Assembly: GCA_964234715.1 (NCBI GenBank)
Contig: OZ174277.1
Reading direction: 5' to 3' (one strand)
From: Podarcis melisellensis
Taxonomy: Eukaryota
Length of the DNA stretch: 64,000 bases
Shown here: positions 1-11,677 of the stretch, one piece after another
Layout: each line of letters starts with the position of its first letter
Position numbering within the stretch: position 1 is the first letter of the stretch
Translations under genes and position numbers: made by a program
Notes under the pieces: model-generated
Told to the model about the DNA's origin: nothing
Database searches by the model: none
Seen by the model: the letters and a program-made list of their open reading frames with translations, nothing else

Positions 1-1430
1 TATAGCAGATGGGGCATGGTTTAATGAGGAGATTGATAGAGGAGATTAGTTTCTGCTAAGCCAACTAGATACAATTAGCCTTTATAGACTTAAGTTAATA
101 AGATTATTTTGGTATTACTGTTTTTCAGCCTTAGTAGAAACCTGTAATGGAAAATGTTCCAGCAAGCAAACCTCAGTGGGCTCAGATCAGGTGTTATAGA
201 CTTTACTTTTGGTATATTTGGTAATGTTGATCTGTTTTCTCTGCTATGGATCCAGAAAACATGATTTAGGATGGTGCAGATACACATACATAACACATAC
301 AATGTACTATTTTAAACTACCTACTACTCTTATTTGTCACCTTAGTTTTTATATCTTACTTTAATAAATCCTTACAAAAAATAAATGCCTACCTCAGTGT
401 GCTGAATGTTTCTAGCTTTTTAGTAACATACTTTATTTCAAGGCTATAAGCTTTCAATTATCTTTGGCAGTTAAATAAAGTACTCTATATACATCAATAT
501 GGTGTGCTCTGATCTGATCTCCCAAGAGTGCTGAAGTCTATTGTTGATTCCCAAAACTCAAGTTTATAATGGATTGTGCTGATTCAAGCCTTCCCTTCTA
601 TGAGAAAAGAATATTGATATGATTTATGGTCCTGAATATGAAAGAGGTATGTAAGTTATCTGTTGCATTAGTCACTTCTTGGAATGGATTCTCCTTCCAA
701 AGCCTACAGCACATTTTTCAGATTGATATTAGTTTCAGACTGGGGTAAATATTGAATAACAGTAACTGGATTTTCTTGCAGGGGAAAAACAGACACTGCA
801 TGATAAGCAACACAAGAAAATTCAGTGGGTGGTATCCAATGGTAGCCTTGTCTTAATGAAAAGTGCTTTCATTGGTGCAAGCTGTGGCACCCCATTTATG
901 CTGATTCTACTGCAGTCCTCCATGCTGTCCATGAAATGACCATTGCATGCAATCTAGGGTATTAATTCAAAGGAAAAGTCTTTTCCAGTCCCAAATATGG
1001 CTGACTAGACTGTGGTTTTGAAACAAAATCAATCTACTGAGCAATCCATTTTTAATTGTACCTACCTTATTTGGAGAGTTGCAAACAAAAGTCTGTGACC
1101 TTTGAGGCTAATATACTGTTCTTCACTTTGGTGCATTGAAACTGGAGCTAGATTAAAATCTGTAATGCATTATTTATAAATATCAGACTTTTCTGAAAGG
1201 CTCAAGCTTCTTTAATAGTAAGCATAAGTGAGGGATTGTGAACAAAGATTTCCAGATTTAAATGTGTATCTGAAATTTGATTGTCTCCCCTTGTATGCCC
1301 GCTTGAGTCATTTTTACTAGTTGTTAAAATGTTCAGTCTTTATATCTTGTCTTTAAAGCATCATCCTTTTTTGTTCTTTGTGAAAGAATATCTCGGATAT
1401 CAAACTACTATTTTCCCCATGGAAGAAATA

Positions 1431-1672
1431 CAGTAGTACCTCTGGTTACAAATGCTTCTGGTTACGAATGCTTCAGGTTACAAGCTCTGCTAACCTGGAA
1501 GTAGCTGCTCCTGGTTGCAAACTTTGCCCCAGGATGTGAACAGAAATCGCATGGCAGAGGCATGCATGCAGCGGGAGATCCCATTAGCAAAAGCGCACCT
1601 CAGGATAAGTGCGGTTTCAGCTTAAGAACAGACCTCTGGAACGAATTAAGTTCGTAACCAGAGGTACCACTG
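1431..1672. mobile_element. Tc1/mariner (Tigger/pogo-like) MITE
   Basis: TIRs CAGT(A/G)GTACCTCTGGTTAC...GTAACCAGAGGTACCACTG with TA target-site duplication. Confidence 0.85.
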
Positions 1673-3612
1673 TACTACCTTATAGATTAATGATGTTTTA
1701 ACTGAGTAGATTTGCTTGCTTTTTATCATCACTTTAAATGTTTGAGGAACAGTGACAATGCACCCCCAGCGCACATTTGTAAAATTTCATCATATATAAT
1801 TGTGCCATTCCTTAGGTAACCAAAATGGCACCATCAATACACAAGGAAGCGGTATCAGCTCAGTGCAATCCAAGGATCTGCAGATGTATAAAAATGCTCA
1901 TCTAAAACCACAACCCTGCTTTTGGGAAATAATTGCATACAGTGGAGTGAGGATTGAATGTGCTTATTGTGCGTCAAATACTGACTGATTATTGGGAAAA
2001 TGAGGAACACATGTAATATCATAGGAGAGAGCATGGCTGGTTGGCAGGAATCCTGAATGAGAGCAGTCTACATAGCAACTTTTTATTGTAGGTTCACTTA
2101 TGCTATTAACTTTCTATCAAAACACATTTTCTAATTGACTTGGGTATGGGGAGTTGCAAACACACTTTAGGGGTACTTTTGAACTTAGAAGTACTGGTGG
2201 TTAATAAAACAAAACAAAACAAAAACCAAGAGCAAAACATGCTTAATTAATTATGCTTATATGTCTGTGCCATTTATATATTTCTTGTTTCTTGTGGTTA
2301 TCCAGAGAGCTCTGAAACAAATCTCCATTTATACATTCTGACTAGTTAAAAATCTGTTACAGAGAAGAAATACCCTTGAAACAATTATTGAACTGCTAAG
2401 GTCATGATGCCTTTATAACCGGCCCCACCCAAAAAGAACATTACAGATTAGCTTTGTTAGTGAATATTTGCTAGTTGCAAACTTTTTATAATTTATTTCC
2501 AGCTAGATCCGATTTGATTTTCCAGCTAGATCTGATTTGATTTTCTTGGTTCTTGACTACAGCTTTCTTTGCATCTGTTACTTGCATTTTTAATGATTGT
2601 CAGATTCTATGAAATTGTACATGTTAAACAGTAAATTGCACTGTAATTCTTTAAACTTTTAACAGGTTTTAACTATGAACACACCCCAATTTTGGGAGCA
2701 CTGAGCTGCCTGTTTAATAGTGAAGAATTTACAAGAAGATAGCAGAGTTGGAAATAACTTGGCTGCCAAGCAATATATTGTAACAGAGTGTATTTGATAA
2801 AGCACAGTGCTAATATTTCAATCTCCAGCTATTGAATTCTTCCTAGAACAGTTGAGATGATAAGTATCATTGCACTTCTGGTCTATTAGCTCCCACTCCT
2901 GCAGAATCCGTCTCCTTCATATAAACAAGCACTTTTACTTCTTTCAATCCAGAATCCATCCTAACTGCTTCTCCGAAAGCATCACATATCAAAACAGACT
3001 TGTTCTGTCTTTGTTCTTCCTTCCATGGACTTCCCTGCAGGCCACCCCTTACTACTTTACCCAGCTTCGCTCTTAGCTCCTGGCTTTGCTGTTAACACCT
3101 GCTCTTATTATCCTCCTGTTCCCTACCAGCTTTCTGCCCTGAGCATTTCTTGCTTCCTTCACTGTGCTGTTTTCCATTGAAAGCAAAACCTTGCTGTTTT
3201 TCATCTCCAGAAGCCTCGGCTACTTTCCTGATTTCAAATCCGTAGATGCTCACATTTTGTCATTCTTGTACAGATACCATTCATTTCATGTACATCCAGT
3301 TCTGCATTGCATGGTAGTTAAGCAACTTGCCTATCTTGTTTCCCATCACTGTTGTAGTACACAGTATCCTGGCAGAGAACTCATTTTTGAACTGTTAACT
3401 CTTTGCATGCTACAGTGCTTACTAGAAAAGGTAAGGATATTTAAAATCTATTAACAACTTCCCTCTTAAGAAGTGATTTAGCACAGCTCCCCAAAGCAAC
3501 AGCAACATCAATTCAGGGTCCAAAAACCTAATTGGAGGAAGTTGACTTTTTAACCCACCAAAGTTAGTATACTGGTAGCTTTTGTCTCTTGTGCTATAAC
3601 TAAAAAAACTAA

Positions 3613-3820
3613 ACAAAAAAATTCCTTCCAGTAGCACCTTAAAGACCAACTAAGTTAGTTCTTGGTATGAGCTTTCGTGTGCATGCACACTTCTTCAGAT
3701 ACCAAGTGTGCATGCACACGAAAGCTCATACCAAGAACTAACTTAGTTGGTCTTTAAGGTGCTACTGGAAGGAATTTTGTTTTGTTTTGACTATGGCAGA
3801 CCAACACGGCTACCTATCTG
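3613..3820. mobile_element. Penelope-like retroelement terminal (pLTR) remnant in inverted configuration
   Basis: Motifs gtagcaccttaaagaccaac, gctttcgtg...ttcttcagat and cagaccaacacggctac resemble reptile Penelope termini. Perfect 75-bp inverted arms at 3618-3692 and 3704-3778. A 16-bp direct repeat TAACTAAAAAAACTAA flanks it (3597-3612, 3821-3836). Confidence 0.85.
3664..3703 (-). ncRNA. Minimal type I hammerhead ribozyme
   Basis: Minus strand reads GGUAU-CUGAAGA-A-GUGUGCAUGCACAC-GAAA-GC-UC^AUACC. This gives a complete core, stem I GGUAU/AUACC, a palindromic stem II and a minimal palindromic stem III (AGCU). Confidence 0.85.
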
Positions 3821-5564
3821 TAACTAAAAAAACTAAGACATTTTATAGAGTGGCCTCAAGCCAAAGATACAAAAGCAGAATGTCACTTGTTCAATGGGAT
3901 TCCAACCCCATTCTCCACCTGAGTCCCCTGTAAAGCTGCTCCTGAAGGTTCTAGTACCCTCCAGAATAATATGGGATATGGAAATGTGGGCTGAAGCAAG
4001 AGGGAGGCACCTAGCAGCATGAGAAGTTGCACATGAGCACTTTTTGATCTGGGCCAATGTATGCGTTCTTGTGTGAGCAATTTTTGTTGCTTAATTAAGT
4101 GGATGTATTATAGATCTTAATTGCAAGGGAGGTGGAGGAAATCTCTTTACCAGTTTCTACCAAGGTAATTACCGTAGAAAAGATAGACAGTTTAAAAGTA
4201 ATTTAAAAACCTATCTTTTCGCACAGAAAGTGGAGCAAAAATGTGCATTCCAGAGCAATTTTCCTAGTTCTTATTTAGTCTTGGCAGGAGATGTTGCATA
4301 AAACTGTGAATCTTAATTGGAATAATCTTTTAAAATTGGGCAAGTATTTTATATTTTAACACTGTGGTAAAACAAAGTAAACCTCATCGGCTGCTTTTCT
4401 GTTGAGGCTGAAGATCACAGGATACTGTGTACCAGTTCTCTGATCCCTTGCCAATAACATTCATTCCCCAATGTCTTCAGCTGTATGTTGCGCTGGAATT
4501 CATTAACACTTTAACATGAAACACAGCCCCAGCTTTTTAGCTGCTTCTTTCTAGAGAAACGATAGTAAAATTAAATGACATGACTCCTGAAAATCATTGT
4601 GAATATTCTGTTTGCTGTGCTGCCCATTTTAAAATGCATTTTGCATGACATTGTACCATTTTCATCCACAGAGTAAATATGTTAGTAGATTTCTTTAAAA
4701 TGTGTTAGTGTTTTAAAGTTATCTGTTTTGTTACTTTATGTGCATCTTGAAAAATAAATGATATTGCTCCATTCAGCCATTGGAATCGACTTACCAGTAT
4801 TCACTTCAGCAGCAGTTGCTTGTGGTGCATTCAAACCTCTAATACTTGGCAAGCAAGCTTATTGTGCTGAATGCATAATGTTTTGCTAGCAGCTCCACAA
4901 AAGCTTGGATTTAGCATTTATTCAGAATGTACATTGTTCCTCTCTTCTCCGGCTTCTTTATCCATCAAAAAGCAAGATATTTACAAACTTCTGCATGTTT
5001 CTTACTGCTTATAGACGTTACATTCCATTTTAATTTTATCTTCCTTTCCTGCACTGTACTTTTCGGCATTGGATTTTCAGAAGTGTCTTGAGTCGCTGCA
5101 ATCTAGCTTATTTGCTTCCATTGGCAGGGATATATTAAAATCTGAATTAAAGCCAAGTTCATATTTACTCTTCAGGACTTCATGAAGATACCCCTCCCCA
5201 TGGCTCTATTCAATTGTGTAATCTTTTGATACCCATGAACTTGTTTCTTTGGCATTCTTAGTGAGCGTTCTTTTGGTTAGATGTGCACGTACTTTCATGC
5301 CTGTCTTCAATATGGAACTATCAACAGAGAAGACTTGCAATTCCGGAGCTATATTTTTCAGTCTTTCTGCATTGCTCGTGGGCTTCCCACAGGCAACTGG
5401 GAGACAGGATGATGGACTAAATAGGCCTCTGATCAGATCTGGCAGGGCTCTTCTTCTGTCCTTCCCAAGAATTGTCTCCTGGCTTTTATGTGAACTCTGA
5501 AATTCCTTGAAGCCTCGGCTTTTGCAATATTGGAGAATTTCAATTTCTTTGTTTTTCTTAATAG

Positions 5565-6035
5565 GATGCAGCACAGATGGCAAGCAAGCTGAGGAGCAAT
5601 CTGCAGCTGCAAGTGAAGAAGAAAATTATCCTTTCTGTAGGGAGCCAAGTTATTTTGAAATCCCTACAAAGGAATTCCATCAACATTCCCAAATACCTGA
5701 GGGTACTATTCATGAGATCCCAACAAAAGACACACACATAGCAGGGGCAGGGCATGCTTCATTTACTATTGAATTTGATGACAGCACCCCAGGAAAAGTA
5801 ACCATCAAAGATCATGTTACAAAATTCACTCCAGATCAGCGCCACAAATCTAAGAAGCCTTCTCCTTCTGGTGCCCAGGATCTTCCTGGGCTTCAAACTG
5901 TGATGATGGCCCCGGAGAGCAAAGTGGCAAACTGGTTAGCACAAAACAATCCCCCAACAATGATCTGGGAATCAACCGAGGAAGATTCAAAAAGTATTAA
6001 GAGTGATGTTCCAGTCTACTTGAAGAGACTGAAAG
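5565..6035 (+). CDS. CEP170: CEP170 internal coding exon (GCSTDGKQ...VPVYLKRLK), phase 1/1, 471 nt
   Basis: Acceptor tttttcttaatAG (5563-5564), donor AAAG|GTAAAA. Peptide [16 protein letters not shown]...[21 protein letters not shown]...[14 protein letters not shown] matches recalled vertebrate CEP170. Confidence 0.96.
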
Positions 6036-8456
6036 GTAAAACAAATAATTTCAGCTGTATTTATTTCCTTTGTCTTGAATATTCAGCCGTAAGTATGCTA
6101 ACTGGAACTGTACACATTTACTACACTCTGTTAGAATTCTTACAGACCAGAATGTTTTAGACAAAGCATCAAGTGACAACCAATTCTGCCAGGACCCCCC
6201 CAAATTGTACCTTTTTATTCAAAGCTTGTGATGTTATAGCACTGGTACATTTTCAAAACGCAAATACCAAAGCAAACTTGCTAATATTGTATTCACAAAA
6301 GATTAAAAATGCATCCATGTTCAAGCATCACTTTTCAATAAAGTTCAATGTTCAATAAGTGGCGAATGGTTGAAGGGGGGGAAATCAAGCTGCTTAAAAT
6401 GGGTTTTGGGCAGACATAAGGAAAATGGAGATGAACATTTCATCAAGCTTTATAAAGCGAGTGAATATAGGTCATAGACTTCAACTTAATAATTTTAACA
6501 GGTTTAAATTGTTTTCTAATTTTCTGATTCCTTTTTATCAGCTCAGTGATTTAAGTTTGACTGAAAAACTTTCCTTTGGTTTGCCTTTCAGATTACCCTT
6601 ACTAAATCAAAGTCCTTTACAATTCATATTTTTAAAACATTATTTCACTTTATTCCTCACCCACATCTTCCTACTGACTGGCAGTTATATTATTATACTT
6701 CATACAAATCTTATGAGTGATATTTAGTCTGTAATGGTAATACATAGTATACTCACTCAAAAATAAGTATATATTTTTAAATTATTTCAGCTGAAACGTG
6801 TTTTTATTTCTTCTATTAAGGAACTTACTCTGGCACACTCAATGTAAAATAGAATGCTGTAACTAATTCATATAAGTTAGAACTCTTATTTGAAAATTCT
6901 TCCAGAACTGTAACTAATTAATTCAAAACTTTAAATGGTATCCTGTAAGTAATTTTGCATATTATGCATTAAAAGAAGGTTGCTGTTTAGGAGCAAAATT
7001 TGCATAAGATACCATTAGCATGTTTTAATGAATTCTCAAGCCAATTTTAGTGCAATTTCCATAATCAGCATTTATTCTACTACTAAATATAAATTTAGAA
7101 CAGCAGGTTGAAGAGCCCATATCCCAGGAAGATCGCAGTGTTCTGAAGATGGACTACCTTCTTATCGTACTTTGTAAATTGAGCAACTTTGTATCTAACT
7201 ACAGTTCTGGGCTTTTTGATTTTCTCAGTTTGTAACTGCTATACTCATAAATATATTGCACCAGTTAACTATACTGAAGATTAGCAGTGCAGTCCCCAGC
7301 CATTTTCAACCATCTCTAGCATGAGCTTCCAGATAACTAATTGCATGGACAAAAGGCTGTGTAACGACTGCTTGCAGCAGATCAAACCTGGCACAACAGT
7401 TCTTGGTCAAAAGCAGGCTACAAAGGGCTTGTGTTTTCTGGCTAGGAATGGTTATGAATGAAGGCTTGCAATAGCCAAATCCCAAGTATGCCTTAGGTGT
7501 GCTGAGGTAGCCCAGCTGGGACGGGAATTGATGCAGGACTGCACAGACCAGAAATTATGTGGACATACCTTGAGACATTCTGTTGTTTGTATAACTATAA
7601 TAAGACCTTGTTGATCTCTTTAAATATATATTTTCTTACAATGTTAGATTTTGTATACATTCAAACTTCCTTTATTTTCAAATATTCAGTGTTCACCTAG
7701 AACATTTTCTCTAGGCATCTCACAATCCTAAATATGGTTCCTTAGAATTAAGCCACATTGGGTTGAAAGGGACTTACTCCCAGATAAGTGGGTACAGAGC
7801 TGCAGTCATAAAAGGGTTCTTTTAAAAGTCTAAAGCTGCCCTATTTTGCTCCGTCTCCGTTTGTTATACGGGGGAAAACCATAATTGTTTATTGCTGCTA
7901 ATAAAGTACTGTATTCCGAAAACCACACTGATAACTGGAAAATTATTCTGGGAAAACAACTCTAATGTTCCAAACCTAAGCTTTTGCCAAAAGCTTTCCA
8001 CTGATAGTGGCAACTGTACAGTTGTTACCTCCTGTTTTGCTTTCTACCCTTCGTGGAATATGTTTAGAAGCAAAGATTTGTTTTCTGGCTCATGAGTTAT
8101 TTGTAGCTAGGTACGAATACAGTTTAGAAGGCATACTGATCTAATTTTGGTATAGCTGTTGTAGCACATTCACATTTCATCATCAAGCATGATTGGGAAC
8201 TGACTGTTTTCTGAATAAGACAATTCAAATGCATCTCCCTCACTGATTAGCTGGCAAAAGACTCCATTGTGCATGGCAAGTCTGAATGTGTCTGTTGTTG
8301 CTATGGGAAGCTTGCAGAGCTTGTTACTAACAGACAGTTGAGCTTCTAACAGAAAAGCAAATATTGTCTCTGTATTCACTTAACTTTCGGAGGTTCTTTC
8401 CGCATTACTGCTGCTCATGTAGAGCTAGATTTCTATGTTTTGTTTTGTCTTTGCAG

Positions 8457-9094
8457 GAAATAAACATGATGATGGGACACAGAGCGATTCAGAAAATGCC
8501 GGAGCACACAGGCATTACAGTAGACGGGCAGCACTTGAAGAACAGTTAAGGCATCATTATGCTGAGCAGAAAAAATTGCACACAAAATCCCAGGACACAG
8601 AGAAACATTCAGACCAGCCAACTGTTAGTCAGACTGCTTTTATGATCGAGTTTTTTGATGAAGGCCATTCCCGGAAGAGGAGATCTTATTCTTTTTCTCA
8701 AAACGTGGGAGTTCTGCTCCCTGAAACATCTTCTCCGGCACCCCCTACAAGAACTGAAAAAGTGAGACCTGCATCAGGTGACTCCAAAGGCAGTTTACCA
8801 CCTTCACAGAATAGCTCCGCCCAACAAAGAGCAGTACATGCAAAACTTCTGAAGCAAAAGTCAGAAGAGCCTTCTGCTGCACTGCCTTTCTTGCAAACTG
8901 CATTATTGAGAAGTTCTGGAAGTCTTGGGAATAGACCAAGTACAACTGAGGACATGGAGAAAAAGATTAAAAGCCCGGTCGTTTCGGTGGCTGTTGAAAA
9001 GGAGGAGGATGACCAAAGTGATAAAGGTACTTACACTATTGAACTGGAAAATCCCAATGCTGAGGAAGTAGAAGCTCGCAAGATGATTGATAAG
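8457..9094 (+). CDS. CEP170: CEP170 coding exon ([16 protein letters not shown]...EARKMIDK), phase 1/0, containing a candidate exitron at 8624-8809
   Basis: Acceptor tttgtctttgcAG, donor AAG|GTAAGC. Motifs [26 protein letters not shown] and [17 protein letters not shown] match CEP170. Confidence 0.95.
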
Positions 9095-11438
9095 GTAAGC
9101 AATTTAAATAAGAATGCCATTGTTAAAACCCCAATCCATGATGTTTATGGTGGGGTCCTAATAACTACAATTATTCTAATAAATCAGGGTGTTTTTAAAA
9201 ATATATTATTTTTAAAGCCACATTTTGAACTCTTAGTATTTCATCCCTCATTGCAAGCTATGTACCAGGCAGTAATAGGTTATTTTGAACCTACTTCTTG
9301 AGTACATACGAACTATGTGTTAAACAGATTTTTCTATTTTCCAACCATTTTGACTGCTATACAGTGAAAAGAATGAAGCAAGGATTATGTTGCCCGATAC
9401 TCCACCTGTCTTGTATCAAGTTTGTAATAAAACAAACTTTTAAGGAACTATTAAAGTTCAGCACTAATATTTAGCAAGATTCTTCTCTCGCCCTTTAAAA
9501 AAAGAACCGTAATAATTTGGTCAAGTATATCCATTTACAGCAGCGATAGGAAGTCTGCCATCCTCCAGAAGTTTCTCTCCTGGTGTTATTTTCTTTCCCT
9601 GGCAACTTTACTGGACTAGCTCTCCTTTTGATAGCCATGGATGACCTCACATACACAATGAACAACGGTACAAGAGACTACTAGTGCTGTGAGCGTTGGC
9701 CATATTGACCCTCTGCAACCCATTGGCAGGGCCACCACTTGTGCTGCTCCCAAGGGTCCCTGACCACCCACAGTAGATTTACAGGGGGCTGCAAGGAGAA
9801 GAAGGAAGTGGCCAAAAAACCCCAGAACCATTCCCCTTCCTTTGGCAAAAGCAGATCACCATGGTTCCTAAATTCAGATGTAACCCAAGGAATATATTTT
9901 AGTGAGAAAATGAGCTAGTTACAGTTTCCTAAACATGCATGCTATAATTCCTATAACCATTTAGACTGCAATTCTAATCCTAATAGGACTTAATTCTTAG
10001 TAGACATGTTCCACCTCCACTGTCAGAGGCATTAAGCCTCTGAATACCTGTTGCTGAGAATTAAAGGTGGGCAGAGAGTGGTTGAGCTTAGCTTCTGCTT
10101 CCACGCCTCCCCTGGGCGTCTGGTTGGACACTGTAAGAACAGTATGCTAGACTAGATGGGCCATTGGCCTGATCTAGCAGGCACTTCTTATGTTCCTACA
10201 TTCTTATATTCTAGACTTGTTTATTGAGTGGGCTTACAACTCAGTAGACTTTATCTTAGCCCCCAATCCTTCTGGTGCTTGTCCTTTCCATATATCTGCT
10301 TAGGGGAGAAATGGGGAAGGATTTCTGTTTAGCTTTCTATGAGCATAGTAAGGCTACTAAGCAGGATCATTTACCTGAATCCTAAGAGCCTTGAATGTTT
10401 GGAAGCCAGGGTTGGAACTTATTAGTCATAGCAGTGTTGTTGTTTTTCAGTATCATGTACAGTGGACTAAATCCCAGCCATGCAAAAGTCAAAAGTTTCT
10501 TCACACGCCTTTCAATATACTCTCTTTAGCCTTCATCCAGGCAGGCAAGAGGCATCATCACAGTTAATGACATATTCCAGTCATGCAACAGCATGGGAGA
10601 TGTGGATCAGGGCCAGTAATGGGTGTTGCCCAAGGAGGGTCTGTGTGGCCTACAAAGGAGGCCAAACATGACATGGGGAGAGTCCCAGGGACAGGATGGA
10701 GAGGACCAGAGGGCAGCATTCGGTCCCCAAGCTTGTGCTCCCCACCCAGTATGATGCTTGACCTCAAATCAGATACGTTTTGGTTCAGAATTTTACATCA
10801 AAACGCAGGCAAGGGTCATGTTTGTATGTCATACTAAACTGCAATTTAGTATGACAGCTGCAACAAACTCGACCCCTCTTCTGGTTCATGTGTTTCCTCC
10901 TTTCCTCACAGTTGGGCGGAGGGGTCCAAAACATTTCAGACCGACTTTTGGTTAACCATAGCTTGCTGTGTCAGCCAGATCTAGAATGTTGGTTTACACC
11001 AATTATGTATTGTAAAATACGTTTAAACAAGCCAGCTTCAGAAACCAGTTTGAAATTGGGTTGTTTGAAACCAGCTATAGATGATGTTAGTTATAGTTCG
11101 ATGGCTAATTAAAAGCAAAAGCTTCTGAACTCCTGCTCCCAGCCACATGGTAGGAGGAGAGGGGAACACATGAGCCTAAGGCTTGCTCAGGCTTTTTCCA
11201 GTTCATTCATGTTGTGCTAAACTATGGCTTGGTATGAGAGGCAAATTTATCTATAGTGAAAATGTTATTATTAAAATGTTGACATTTGATTCACATTTCC
11301 TTTTTAAACCAGGTTACTTAATTTAAGAGATGCATAATCTAACTGAAATTTCAGATGGCAAATATCTTTTAAATAAGCATCCAATTTCTTTTCTTGTTTT
11401 TAAATTGTAGCTTTTTCCTGTATCTTTTTAATTCAGTA

Positions 11439-11677
11439 CAGTGGAACCTCGGGTTGCGAACGTGATCCGTGTGGGAGGCACGTTTGCAACCCACAGCGCC
11501 ACGTCTGCGCATGTGCAGGTCACGATTTGGCGCTTTCTGCGCAAAGCACGATTTAGTGCTTCTGCGCATGCGTGAGCACCAAAACCTGGAAGTAACCCTT
11601 TCCAGTACTTCTGGGTTTGGCATGGTGCACAACCCGAAAATGCGTAACCTGAAGTGTCTGTAACCCGGGTATCACTG
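11439..11677. mobile_element. Tc1/mariner MITE (related subfamily with internal GCGCATGCG repeats)
   Basis: TA-CAGTGGAACCTCGGGTTGC ... GTAACCCGGGTATCACTG-TA. Confidence 0.8.

Noticed and set aside
3408-3430. ATG...AAG|GTAAGG possible first exon
   Set aside because: Its phase-0 donor is incompatible with the phase-1 acceptor at 5565.
5206-5583. 125-aa antisense ORF and other ORFs antisense to exons
   Set aside because: No recognisable homology or splice support. They are expected by chance or as shadows of coding exons.
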